The position numbers and the translations under genes are program-made. The notes under the pieces were generated by a model, which was given only the letters and a program-made list of their open reading frames with translations, made no database searches and had not been told where the DNA came from. This document shows positions 32,501 through 42,923 of a stretch of DNA of 64,000 nucleotides, piece by piece; position 1 is the stretch's first letter; each line of letters begins with the position of its first letter. Source of the DNA: an uncultured Chloroflexia bacterium (lineage in GTDB: Bacteria; Chloroflexota; UBA6077; JACCZL01); contig CAVXYC010000020.1 of NCBI GenBank assembly GCA_963765765.1, positions 544,001 to 608,000 on the forward strand, written 5' to 3'.

Positions 32501-33746
32501 GATGCGGATTACCGATCTAGCCGTATTCGGCGGTGTGCCGCTGTTCGCCGAGCCGCTGCACGTCGGCCGTCCCAACCTGGGTGATCGTCAGCGCTTCCTC
32601 GAGCGTGTGAACGATATGTTGGACCGTCGCTGGCTCTCGAACAACGGGCCCTACGTCCGGGAGCTCGAGGAGAGGATCGCAGACTATCTCGGCGTGGCGC
32701 ACTGCGTGGCGGTCTGCAACGCCACGATCGGACTGGAGATCGCCATACGCGCCCTGGGCCTGAAGGGTGAGGTCATCGTTCCGTCTATGACCTTCGTGGC
32801 TACCGCCCACGCCCTCCAGTGGCAGGACATCCGACCAATCTTCTGTGACGTCGACCCCGAGACCTACACGCTCGACCCGGTCCGTGCAGAGTCGTTGATC
32901 GGACCAAGAACCACGGGTATCATCGGCGTCCATCTGTGGGGGCGAGTGTGCGACGTCGACCAGCTCCAGGCCGTCGCGGACCGGGATAGCCTGGGGCTGC
33001 TCTACGACGCGGCGCATGCGCTCGCGTGCGGTCACAGCGGCCGACTGGTCGGCGGATTTGGTGACGCCGAAGTGGTGAGCTTTCACGCGACGAAGTTCCT
33101 CAACTCGTTTGAGGGCGGCGCCATCCTGACGAACGATGAGGCCCTAGCGCAGACGATGCGCCTGATGGTGAACTTCGGCTTTGCCGGCTACGACGAGGTG
33201 GTTCACATTGGCACGAACGGCAAGATGCCCGAAGTCTCCGCGGCAATGGGACTCACGGCGCTGGAGTCAATCGACGAAATAATCGCCGTCAATCGCCGCA
33301 ACTACGACGTTTATGCCCGGGAGCTCGTCGAAATCCCGGGTCTAACCTTATTGTCCGTTCGTGCCGACGAGCCATCGAACTACCAGTACGTGGTCGCCCA
33401 GATCGACCGCACTGTGACCGGGATCTCTCGTGACGACGTGCTCGAGGCGTGCTGGGCCGAGAATGTGCTGGCCCGCCGCTACTTCTACCCTGGCTGCCAC
33501 AGAATGGAGCCTTACCGAACGCTCTACCCCGAGGCCGGCCGACGCTTGCCTATCACCGAGCGGGTTCTCGACGAGGTGCTGACCTTGCCGACGGGAACGG
33601 CTGTGACGGTCCAGGACGTCAGGCGTGTGAGCGCCTTGCTTCGCGCTCTCGCTACGTGCGGGCCAGAAGTCAGTCGTCGGCTTCACGAAAGACGATCCAG
33701 AGGTTTACGATCCTACTATCCTGGCTTAGCCCGGGCAAGGGGGTGA
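32490..33746 (+). CDS. DegT/DnrJ/EryC1 NDP-4-keto-6-deoxysugar aminotransferase (VioA/DesI-like)
   Basis: NNGPYV, PSMTFVAT, YDAAHA, SFHATK, EGG, GTNGKM, RRYFYP. Confidence 0.93.
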   Translation: MAAEMRITDLAVFGGVPLFAEPLHVGRPNLGDRQRFLERVNDMLDRRWLSNNGPYVRELEERIADYLGVAHCVAVCNATIGLEIAIRALGLKGEVIVPSMTFVATAHALQWQDIRPIFCDVDPETYTLDPVRAESLIGPRTTGIIGVHLWGRVCDVDQLQAVADRDSLGLLYDAAHALACGHSGRLVGGFGDAEVVSFHATKFLNSFEGGAILTNDEALAQTMRLMVNFGFAGYDEVVHIGTNGKMPEVSAAMGLTALESIDEIIAVNRRNYDVYARELVEIPGLTLLSVRADEPSNYQYVVAQIDRTVTGISRDDVLEACWAENVLARRYFYPGCHRMEPYRTLYPEAGRRLPITERVLDEVLTLPTGTAVTVQDVRRVSALLRALATCGPEVSRRLHERRSRGLRSYYPGLARARG

Positions 33747-34732
33747 CCCTGGTGTGTGCTGAGCCGGTCGTTAGCTTTATAGTCCCGACCTATAACGTCG
33801 CCAGATTCTTACCTGAGTGTCTGGAGAGTATTCTTGCGCAAACTTCGCCGGTGGATTACGAGATTGTCCTGATCGACGACGCGTCGACCGATCAGACGGA
33901 GCAGGTAGCCCGCTCGTTCACCGATTCGCGCATCCGCTACATCCGGCACGCCGAAAACAGAGGCCACGCGGTTACCATCAACGAGGCGATGAGACTGGCG
34001 CGTGGGGCCCTTATTGCCAGAATAGATTCGGATGATCGCTACCGCCCCGACTATTTAGCCCACGCGTTACCGATCTTCCAGGCGTATCCGAATGTGGGCG
34101 TCGTCTTCGGCAATGTCGTCCTGATCGATGAGCGCGGCTGTATCTCAGGAGAAGGGTCCGATCCAGGGCCGGTCAGGTCCGCGCAGCCGGGCAACGTGCT
34201 CGTTCGGCTACTCGAGAAGAACTTCATCTGCGCGGCGACGGTGATCGGTCGACGGGAGGCCTGGTTGACGACGCTTCCTGTGCCGGGGTGGCTGGCGTTC
34301 CATGATTGGTACTTCACAGTTCTAATGGCCCGCAGCTGGGAGTTCTACTACATGGATGCTGTCCTGGCTGATTACCGGGTGCACGGCGCCAATTATCACA
34401 CGACCATCGTGAAGAATCGCACCGAGGAGCCGTCGATTTTCTGGCTGCTGGATCAGGTGTTTAGTTCGACCGAGACCGATCTTGGCGTAGAGCTAGCCAA
34501 GCGGCAGGCTCGCCGAAGGATTTACGGGTGTCAGTATCTCACCCTGGCCGACAAGTACTTTGGTCTCCAGATGGACGAGGATGCTCGCCGCTGCTATCTC
34601 CGGGCAATTCTTTTTCAGCCGCGCTATGCTGCGCGACCGGATGTCGCTCGCCACCTGCTGGGAACGTTCATGGGGCGAGGGCGATACGAGCGGGGCAAGG
34701 CAGTGGCGAAGGCGATGCGGGCGCGAGGCTAG
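33743..34732 (+). CDS. GT2 glycosyltransferase
   Basis: FIVPTYN, IDDASTD, IDSDD, YRVHG. Confidence 0.92.
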   Translation: MTLVCAEPVVSFIVPTYNVARFLPECLESILAQTSPVDYEIVLIDDASTDQTEQVARSFTDSRIRYIRHAENRGHAVTINEAMRLARGALIARIDSDDRYRPDYLAHALPIFQAYPNVGVVFGNVVLIDERGCISGEGSDPGPVRSAQPGNVLVRLLEKNFICAATVIGRREAWLTTLPVPGWLAFHDWYFTVLMARSWEFYYMDAVLADYRVHGANYHTTIVKNRTEEPSIFWLLDQVFSSTETDLGVELAKRQARRRIYGCQYLTLADKYFGLQMDEDARRCYLRAILFQPRYAARPDVARHLLGTFMGRGRYERGKAVAKAMRARG

Positions 34733-34735
34733 CCC

Positions 34736-36121
34736 GTGAAGGTCGTTCATGTCCCGTACTGCTTCTACCCCGAGGCCGTCGGCGGTACGGAGATCTATGT
34801 CGAGTCCGTGGCGCGCGAGATGGCACAGGCGGGCGTCGAGATCATGATCGCGGCGCCAGGTCCACGCGACACCACCTACCAGCACGAGGACCTATTGGTG
34901 CGGCGCTTCGCTGTGGCACCTGAGGTCGGTGATCTGCGCGAGCTGTACGGAGTAGGGGATCCCGTGGCGGCGGACGCTTTCGGCCGTCTGCTCGACGATG
35001 AGCAGCCGGACGTCGTGCACCTGCACGCCCTGACGCGTGGCGTTTCGCTGCTTTTGGTACGCGAGACGAAGCGCCGAGGGATTCCAGTCGTCTTCACCTA
35101 CCACACGCCGACGGTCTCCTGTCAGCGTGGCACTCTGCTGCGCTGGGGCAACGAGATGTGTGACGGTGTCCTCGATGTCAGCCGCTGTGCGGGCTGCACG
35201 CTTCACGGCCTGGGCGTGGGTCGGCCAGCGAGCATGCTGCTCGGGCGCCTGCCCCCGCCCCTCGGGCGCATCGCTGGCCGTGCCGGTCTGTCAGGCGGGG
35301 CCTGGACGGCAGTGCGTATGACCGAGCTGATCGAGCTACGACACGACGCGTTTCGCGCAGTCATGGCGGAGGTCGATAGTGTGGTCGTCCTCTGCGAATG
35401 GACCGCGGGACTGCTTCGGAATAATGGCGTCAAGACGCAGAGCATCACAATTTCGCGTCACGGTTTGCCACGGCCAAAGCCAGACACTGCCGAAACCACG
35501 TGGGGCATCCCCCAGGGAGACAGTAGACCTCTCCGCATTGCGTTTCTCGGCAGGCTACATCCGATTAAGGGCCCTGATCTCTTGATCCGGGCACTGCGCC
35601 GGTTGCCCGAGGCGCCCGCGGAGCTCCACCTGTACGGAATCGTTCAGGACCCCGCGGCGGCCGCTTACCTCCGCCACCTCCAGCGGATAGCGGGAGCCGA
35701 TCCGAGAATCGTCTTTCTGGAACCGGTCCGTAACCAGGAGATTGGCGCGCTGTTGCGTCGCTACCACGTGCTGGCAGTGCCATCGCGGTGGTTAGAGACG
35801 GGGCCACTTGTGGTCCTGGAAGCATTTGGCGCGGGAGTTCCGGTAGTCGGGTCTGACCTGGGTGGTATCAGCGAGCTGGTTTGTAACGGAGTCAATGGAT
35901 TACTCGTGAAATCGCCTACGGACCGGGACTGGGAGCGAATTCTTCGTCGTCTGCTGGAGGAGCCTGCTCTGCTCTCACGCCTACAATCCGGGGTTCTACC
36001 GCCTCGGACCATGACGGAAGTTGCCGCCGAGCTGCTCACGGTTTACGAAGTAGCCAGGAACCGGTCTGCCAGATCCTGGCAGGGGCCGGTTGCCGTAACG
36101 GGTTCAGATGCCTCCGATTGA
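34736..36121 (+). CDS. GT4 glycosyltransferase
   Basis: GGTEIYV, FLGRLHPIKG, PSRWLETGPLVVLEA. Confidence 0.92.
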   Translation: MKVVHVPYCFYPEAVGGTEIYVESVAREMAQAGVEIMIAAPGPRDTTYQHEDLLVRRFAVAPEVGDLRELYGVGDPVAADAFGRLLDDEQPDVVHLHALTRGVSLLLVRETKRRGIPVVFTYHTPTVSCQRGTLLRWGNEMCDGVLDVSRCAGCTLHGLGVGRPASMLLGRLPPPLGRIAGRAGLSGGAWTAVRMTELIELRHDAFRAVMAEVDSVVVLCEWTAGLLRNNGVKTQSITISRHGLPRPKPDTAETTWGIPQGDSRPLRIAFLGRLHPIKGPDLLIRALRRLPEAPAELHLYGIVQDPAAAAYLRHLQRIAGADPRIVFLEPVRNQEIGALLRRYHVLAVPSRWLETGPLVVLEAFGAGVPVVGSDLGGISELVCNGVNGLLVKSPTDRDWERILRRLLEEPALLSRLQSGVLPPRTMTEVAAELLTVYEVARNRSARSWQGPVAVTGSDASD

Positions 36122-36157
36122 GCGCCGCTGTCTGGGCGCGACTCGGAAACCGGTGCA

Positions 36158-37088
36158 GTGATTTACTGCCACGCCGACCTGCCACCAACGGGGCTCGGAA
36201 ATCGACTGTTCCCATTCGCTCGCGCACGAATCTACTCGGCCAGGCACCAGCTCCCGCTGCTCGCGCCGACCTGGGCCAGGTTTCGACCCGGTCCATTTCT
36301 CCGTCGTGAACGGGATCTCCGAACCTATCACAACCTGTTTCGGCGAGTCGACACTCAACTGGATTGGTCGATGGGGCTGTGGATCCGCCTAACGGCGCGC
36401 AAGATCAGTGAGCCGGCTGAACCTCGGACTGCCGCCCGACCCGGCCTGGAGACGTGGCCGGGACGCACTGGTAGTCTTCAAAGGCCCGGGCGAATACTTC
36501 CGCCCGCTCTATGGCTGTCACGAGTTGATCAATCAAGAGCTCGAGGCCAGGGTTCGGCCGCGCTGGCGCATAGCGGCCGCTGAGGCCAGCCGGGGTCGGC
36601 CGATCGGGGTCCACGTACGACGCGGTGACTTTGGCACTGCCCGATCGGCCTCGGACTTCGTGACCAGCGGTAATCTCCGAACGCCGATTGAGTGGTTTGC
36701 GGCCACACTCGACCACGTGCGTGCAGTCATTGGGTCGGACGTCCCAGCTTTTGTTGTGTCAGATGGCCCGCGGAGCGACCTGGAAGCGCTACTTCGCCGG
36801 CCATCCGTAGCATTCGCCAGGACAGGCTCCGCAATCGGAGACCTTCTGGCGTTGTCCAGGTCGCGGCTATTGATTGCGTCTGGCGGCAGCACCTTCAGCG
36901 CCTGGGCAGCGTATTTAGGACAGATGCCCACCCTCACCATCCCGGGCCAGCCACTGAGCTGGTACAAGCTCCGAAACTGCAACGGTTACTATGTCGGGGA
37001 GTTCGACCCATGCGCGCCGCTGCCTCCGGAGCTTCGCCCGCAACTGACGTCGCTCTCTAAATCGCTGGACAGTTCTCACGAACTGTAG
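36158..37088 (+). CDS. GT11 (alpha-1,2-fucosyltransferase-like), frameshifted
   Basis: GLGNRLF, GVHVRRGDF, STFSAWAAYL. Confidence 0.82.
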
Positions 37089-37428
37089 ATAGCTGCACTA
37101 GCCGGTAATGAAGCCGAGACAAACACGCTTGACCCGTATGGGGCGAGGAATCAGCGGTCGGCAGACACGAGCCGAGTCTGGGCCTCGGCGAGGCTTTCGC
37201 GTCCCGCACACAATTTCGGATACCTACCCGCTGGAGCCACTGTTCGCCGATGCCCTGCGAGACAAACGGGAAGCCCATCATTTCAACGACTGCAGGCCTC
37301 GGAGTGCACGTTTCAGCGTTGACAAGCATCGGCAACCGACGAATTCATCTATTGGTGGACGTACGATACGGGACAGTCGTCGGATCTATCCGCTCCCGAC
37401 ACCTGGACCCTACCGGATGAGTGGGAAG

Positions 37429-38046
37429 ATGTCTCCATTGTCGAGCATCAAGAATGCGCTGGTGCCACACGGAAAGCGACCGCGACGGATTGTCAGTGGG
37501 ATCTTGAAGGGAGCCGTCCTTCAGATCGATCTGACTTGCCAATCACAGCTCTACCTCGGGCTCATGGAACGAGAGCTCCATCCATGGTTCGCCCGGTTAT
37601 CTAAGGGAATTGTATCAGCTATCGACATTGGAGCATCTGAGGGGATATATAGCATTTATTTTCTATTAAGGACGAGCGCTACTGAGATATTCATCTTCGA
37701 GCCGGATGATCAAGAACGAGAATACCTGGAAAGCAATCTATCTCTCAATCATATCCTACGGGATAGTCGCGTGATCTTGTCCGATAAGTTTGTGGGCATA
37801 GAAACCTCGGAATGCAATGTATCATTAGATAGTTTTAATAGTGAATTCAAAACGCCATGCCTCGTGAAGATCGATATCGAGGGGTTTGAAACCGATGCGC
37901 TTATGGGTGCATCACACCTGCTCCGATCAGACGACACCCGGTGGATCATCGAGGTCCATTCCCCCGAACAGGAAGAAAATTGTAGACGCCTGCTTTCAGC
38001 CCATGGTTACCAGACGCGGATAGTTTCGAAGGCCTGGTGGAGGTAA
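37429..38046 (+). CDS. FkbM-family methyltransferase (low GC)
   Basis: IDIGASEGIYS, FEP, VKIDIEGFE, IIEVH. Confidence 0.85.
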   Translation: MSPLSSIKNALVPHGKRPRRIVSGILKGAVLQIDLTCQSQLYLGLMERELHPWFARLSKGIVSAIDIGASEGIYSIYFLLRTSATEIFIFEPDDQEREYLESNLSLNHILRDSRVILSDKFVGIETSECNVSLDSFNSEFKTPCLVKIDIEGFETDALMGASHLLRSDDTRWIIEVHSPEQEENCRRLLSAHGYQTRIVSKAWWR

Positions 38047-38080
38047 TTATTCCGGAGCTCCGCCCGCGCGGCCACGTCCG

Positions 38081-39370
38081 TTGGCTGGTCGCTGCTCGTC
38101 AGGGCGTTGCCAACCCAGACACAAGGCCATTGCGAGCCCTTCTGCACGCCGGCCGCCCTGCCCGGACCGCGTCGTGAGTGTGTGGGGCAGGACGGACGGT
38201 CACTGCCCTGGTCCGGTTCGTGTTCTATTTCTGCAGTTCACCAATCCTGCTGCCTATCCACCGCTGGAGCACGCGTCACGCATACTGGCAAAGGCCGGCG
38301 CGAGGGCGATGTTTCTGGGTACCCGGGCACTGGGTGCGGATGGCCTGGGATTTCCGCCGCACCAGAACATCATCGTTCGGCGGATGCCGTTCTGTCGGCC
38401 AGGATGGCGTCAGAAACTCCATTACGTCCACTTCTGCCTCTGGGCGCTCGTGTGGACGCTTCGCTGGCGCCCACGCTGGTTGTATGCATCAGATCTGCTC
38501 GCCTGTCCGTCCGCTCTCCTGCTGAGCTTCCTACCTGGCTTGCGAGTGCTGTATCACGAGCATGACTCGCCCGATCCAAACCCGGCAAGCGCTTTCTTAG
38601 GATGGTGTCTGGCGGCTCGCCAGGTTCTGGGTCAGCGCGCCGAGATATGCATTCTGCCTAACCGGGAGCGCGCGGATCGGTTCGCCACGCAGGTAGGTAG
38701 CGGAGCTCGGATACAGTGCGTCTGGAATTGCCCGCGTCGCGAGGAGGTCGATCTGGTACCTGCTACCCAGACGAGCGACGATCTGCTACTGCATTATCAC
38801 GGGTCCATCGTCCCATCCCGGCTGCCATCTACAGTGCTCAGTGCCATGACGCTGCTACCGGACTCGGTGAAGCTCCAGGTGGTGGGGTACGAAACAACCG
38901 GTCACCTGGGATACGTGCAGGAGCTGGAACAGTTCGCCTGCAGGGCCGGAATTGCGGGGCGAGTTCGCTTCGAGCCACCGGTGTCACGTCACCTGCTCCT
39001 GGCAAAGTGTCGGAGCGCCAACGTGGGCATCTCGCTTATGCCAAAGCGTACCCAGGATATCAATCTCCAACATATGGTTGGGGCATCGAATAAGCCCTTC
39101 GACTATCTCGCCTGCGGACTCGCCCTCTTAGTCTCCGACCTCCCGGATTGGCAAGCAACGTACGTAGGACCCGGCTACGGCCTTGCCTGCGATCCGGATG
39201 ATCCGGAGAGCATCGCCGCGGCGCTCCGCTGGTACCTGGACAACCGCGACGCTGGGCGCTCGATGGGTGAAAGGGGGCGCTTGCGGATCGCGGCGGATTG
39301 GAACTACGAGACACAGTTTGCCCCGGCGAGCAGAGTGCTACAACGGTCCCGGTGGTCACACTCATGTTGA
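38081..39370 (+). CDS. GT4 glycosyltransferase
   Basis: YPPLEH, YHEHD, SNKPFDYLACG, VSDLP. Confidence 0.88.
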   Translation: MAGRCSSGRCQPRHKAIASPSARRPPCPDRVVSVWGRTDGHCPGPVRVLFLQFTNPAAYPPLEHASRILAKAGARAMFLGTRALGADGLGFPPHQNIIVRRMPFCRPGWRQKLHYVHFCLWALVWTLRWRPRWLYASDLLACPSALLLSFLPGLRVLYHEHDSPDPNPASAFLGWCLAARQVLGQRAEICILPNRERADRFATQVGSGARIQCVWNCPRREEVDLVPATQTSDDLLLHYHGSIVPSRLPSTVLSAMTLLPDSVKLQVVGYETTGHLGYVQELEQFACRAGIAGRVRFEPPVSRHLLLAKCRSANVGISLMPKRTQDINLQHMVGASNKPFDYLACGLALLVSDLPDWQATYVGPGYGLACDPDDPESIAAALRWYLDNRDAGRSMGERGRLRIAADWNYETQFAPASRVLQRSRWSHSC

Positions 39371-39584
39371 TCACGCCCGAGTCCCATGCGCGCTGGCGTC
39401 CGTGGAAAAGATCTCGACCGTCATTCGTGCGCATTCTTCGTGGTGCGCCTCCGCTCCGCCGACTGGTATCCCGCGCGCGCTCCGTTGTATCTCGAGTCCG
39501 TGCAACGCGTCTTATCGCTTGCCATCAGTTTCAAGCCGCGCCTGATCCTCGCACCCCCGCCCAATCACAGACTGCCTTGCACGA

Positions 39585-40532
39585 GTGAGTACGAACCCTG
39601 CCATCTCAGTCCTCTTGCCCGCGTTCAACGGAGGAGCCTACCTTCGTGAATGCATTGACTCTGTCCGATCTCAAACGCTAGCTAGCTTCGAATTGCTTGT
39701 CGGCGATGATGCATCTACGGACGATACGTCACGGATCATTCAAAGCATCCATGACGAGCGGTTGCGATACTATCATCGCTCCAAAAACATCGGGCTCTTC
39801 CAAAATTTGAACGATCTTGTCTTGAAAGCTCGTGCGCCATTAGTCCACTTTCTCTGTCAGGACGATATTCTTATGCCAGAGTGCCTCCTGGCGGAGGTAA
39901 GATTTTTCAAGACTAATCCATCTATAGGAATGGCATTCTGTAAATCGATCAATATCTCGGACCATGGATGCGAAACCGGTCGCGGCGACCTGTTTGACCT
40001 TCCGTCCGTCCTGCGCCCTGATTCCACGCTGCAGCTTCTCTACTATTTTGGCTGTATACCCGGTAGCTTATCGACAGTATGTGCCAGATCCGATCCCATA
40101 AAAGCGGTCGGGCCATTTAACGAGTCTTACCAGGTGTCAGCCGACTACGACATGTGGATGCGCCTATGCTCCCGTCGTTCGCTGGGCGTGATTCATGAGC
40201 ACCTGGTCAGGCTGAGGCAGCATGACAGGCAGCTCAGCAGGGCGCGGGGGTCGGGGCTGAGATTTATCATTGAGAACCGGATGATCCGGTCCGAAATCCA
40301 CCGTCAGATGCCGGAGGAAGTCAAGCGATATTCACGGTGCTACAGTCTGATGCGGCACAGTGTACTTGACGTGCACTTTGCTTTTTCCTGTTTGCTGCGT
40401 CTCAGGTGGAAGGACTTTCGCGGGATCGTGCGTGCGATGGGGATCCGAGAGTTTGCAGTAGCCACTGTTTTCTGGCTTGCCACGGTGAACAATCGTTTGT
40501 ACAGACCGCGGGCGAAGTTTTCTGGTCTTTGA
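39585..40532 (+). CDS. GT2 glycosyltransferase
   Basis: SVLLPAFN, DDASTD, CQDD, DYDMWMR. Confidence 0.92.
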   Translation: MSTNPAISVLLPAFNGGAYLRECIDSVRSQTLASFELLVGDDASTDDTSRIIQSIHDERLRYYHRSKNIGLFQNLNDLVLKARAPLVHFLCQDDILMPECLLAEVRFFKTNPSIGMAFCKSINISDHGCETGRGDLFDLPSVLRPDSTLQLLYYFGCIPGSLSTVCARSDPIKAVGPFNESYQVSADYDMWMRLCSRRSLGVIHEHLVRLRQHDRQLSRARGSGLRFIIENRMIRSEIHRQMPEEVKRYSRCYSLMRHSVLDVHFAFSCLLRLRWKDFRGIVRAMGIREFAVATVFWLATVNNRLYRPRAKFSGL

Positions 40533-40614
40533 TGGAACGCGAACTTCCCTTTGCCGTGTCAACGCTGCTCGGCGGGGCGATCAGGTCCTCAGAACGCGCG
40601 AGACGAACACGTCC

Positions 40615-41853
40615 ATGATCGTTCCACCGGAATCGCATCGGGAGCGGGGCGGTGTGAGCAAGCAGTTGCAGCGACGCGATGGGCTTGCCGTTATCGAGAC
40701 ACACCCAATCCAGTACCACGCGCCTGTCTACCGTACCCTCCAGCAGAAGTTCGAAGTTCCAGTGACGGCGATCTATGGGTCTGATTTCAGCGTCGCCGGT
40801 TATGCCGACGAGGAATTTGGGGCGCGTTTTGCGTGGGACACGGACCTACTGTCCGGATACAGCGCTGTGTTTCTTTCTCGAGTATCCGACGGCGGCGCCA
40901 CTTCCGCGCGGCAGGTGAGTGCACAGGGCCTCGGTCAGGCGCTGCGGCAAGCCAGACCTGGCACTGTGCTGCTGACCGGCTACAGCCCTCGATTCCACCA
41001 GGTGGCCTTCCTCACGATCTGGCGTGCAGGGTATCCGATTCTTTTTCGAGGTGAGACAACCGACCACGCTCGCACGCGCGGTTTCGCGAAGGCCTGGCTA
41101 CGAGATCGCGCGCTTCAGGTGCTGTATCGGCGCTGCGCCGCGTTACTCCACGTCGGCCAACGCTCGTACGCGCACCTGCGTCGGCTCGGTCGCGCCGACC
41201 AGCTCCCAGTGTCCTCTCCGTACTGCGTCGACACCAGCCCCTTCCAGACGTGCGAGGACGCGCGTGCTCGCCTGCGGCCGGCGACACGCGAGCAGCTCCG
41301 CATTGGAGAATCGGACACAGTCATCCTATTCTCTGGAAAGCTCAGCCCGCGGAAAGGCCCTCGAATCCTGCTCGAAGCGCTGAAGCTACTGCCGCCAGAA
41401 CTGCGGGAACGCATGGTTGTTGTGTTCCTCGGCGACGGCGAGCTGAAAGGCGAGCTGGAGCATCTGGGGCGAGTAGATCCCCGCATTAAGCTCCGCTTCC
41501 TCGGCTTCCAGAACCAGACCCAGTTGAGCCGGTATTACCACGCCTCCGACTTACTGGTGCTGTCAAGCACGCACTCCGAGACATGGGGACTGGTGGTAAA
41601 CGAGGCGCTGCATCATGGCATTCCGTGCGTTGTCTCCGAGGCGGTGGGCTGCGCGCCCGATCTCGTCGAACCCGGAGTCACTGGCGAGGTCGCCCGGGCC
41701 GGGTCGGCATCTGACCTCTGCTCGGCAATCCAGCGAGCGATACCGCTGACCGGGAGATTGGAAATTCGCGAAGCGTGTCGTCGAAAGGCGAGCGATTACA
41801 GCGTGGAAAAAGCCGCGGAGGGAATCGCGCGAGCTTACTGGGCAGTCAAGTGA
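40615..41853 (+). CDS. GT4 glycosyltransferase
   Basis: THPIQYHAP, FSGKL..RKG, ETWGLVVNEA. Confidence 0.92.
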   Translation: MIVPPESHRERGGVSKQLQRRDGLAVIETHPIQYHAPVYRTLQQKFEVPVTAIYGSDFSVAGYADEEFGARFAWDTDLLSGYSAVFLSRVSDGGATSARQVSAQGLGQALRQARPGTVLLTGYSPRFHQVAFLTIWRAGYPILFRGETTDHARTRGFAKAWLRDRALQVLYRRCAALLHVGQRSYAHLRRLGRADQLPVSSPYCVDTSPFQTCEDARARLRPATREQLRIGESDTVILFSGKLSPRKGPRILLEALKLLPPELRERMVVVFLGDGELKGELEHLGRVDPRIKLRFLGFQNQTQLSRYYHASDLLVLSSTHSETWGLVVNEALHHGIPCVVSEAVGCAPDLVEPGVTGEVARAGSASDLCSAIQRAIPLTGRLEIREACRRKASDYSVEKAAEGIARAYWAVK

Positions 41854-42923
41854 GACAATCAACGCGGCTCGTCCTTCATCAGGAAGTGGAGCCATCGGTA
41901 CGCTCTTCAATTCTCCTGGTGGGCGATCCCGGCATCGTTCACGTGGGGGCGCATCTCCACCGGGCAGCAGCAGACCTTGGCCTGCGGCAGGAGTTCGTCC
42001 ATTCCACCGAGGCCTTTGCTGGCTCGGTCCTTCGCTCTAAGCTCAATTGGTGGCTGCGTGGCCACCGTCCGCCCCGCCTGCGAGAGTTCGGCAAGAGGGT
42101 CGCTGCATTGTGCGAGTCACTTCGACCGGATTATCTGATTGCAACGGGGCTCGCACCGCTCGATGCCCAGGCCCTGGCCGCTATTGGTGAGCTTGGGACG
42201 CGACGCCTTAACTACCTTACCGACGACCCCTGGAACCCAGCCCACCATGCGTCCTGGTTCCTGGAAGCGCTTGCCGCGTACGACCATGTGTTCTCCCCTC
42301 GCCGGGCGAACCTAGACGATCTGCGCAATGTCGGAGGTCCGAGAGTCTCCTATCTCCCTTTCGCGTACGCCCCGGAGCTTCACTTCCCGGAGCGACAAAT
42401 CTCCGATGAGCAGCGCCCCAGTCTCGATTTTGACATCGTGTTCGCGGGTGGAGCCGATCGCGATCGGGTACCATACGTCGCGGCCTTGATCAATGCGGGG
42501 TTCAAGGTAGGCCTCTATGGGGGCTATTGGGAGCGTTTTACCGAGACGCGGAGCGCCAGCCGCGGCCATGCGGATCCTCCTACGCTCCGCAAGGCAATCG
42601 ACGGAGCAAAGGTGGCGCTCTGCCTGGTACGCAGGGCCAACAGGGATGGTCACGCGATGCGCACCTTTGAGGTCGCCGCCATGGGCGGTTGTATGCTGAC
42701 CGAGGAAACGGACGAGCATCGCGATATCTTCGGCCCGGACTGCGCGGCGGTGGTCTATTTCAACGGAATCGGCGAGATGCTCGAGAAACTGCGCTGGCTG
42801 CTTGAGCACGATGAAGAGCGCCGGTGCCTAGCACATGCCGCGCACACGCTCGTCACTCGGGGTGGACACACCTACGGCAAGCGCGTGGAGGAAATGCTGC
42901 GGTTAGCTGACGCGAGCGCATGA
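41850..42923 (+). CDS. CgeB / Glyco_trans_1_2 family glycosyltransferase
   Basis: TDDP, YLPFA, MRTFEVAAMGG, HTY..R. Confidence 0.85.
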   Translation: MRQSTRLVLHQEVEPSVRSSILLVGDPGIVHVGAHLHRAAADLGLRQEFVHSTEAFAGSVLRSKLNWWLRGHRPPRLREFGKRVAALCESLRPDYLIATGLAPLDAQALAAIGELGTRRLNYLTDDPWNPAHHASWFLEALAAYDHVFSPRRANLDDLRNVGGPRVSYLPFAYAPELHFPERQISDEQRPSLDFDIVFAGGADRDRVPYVAALINAGFKVGLYGGYWERFTETRSASRGHADPPTLRKAIDGAKVALCLVRRANRDGHAMRTFEVAAMGGCMLTEETDEHRDIFGPDCAAVVYFNGIGEMLEKLRWLLEHDEERRCLAHAAHTLVTRGGHTYGKRVEEMLRLADASA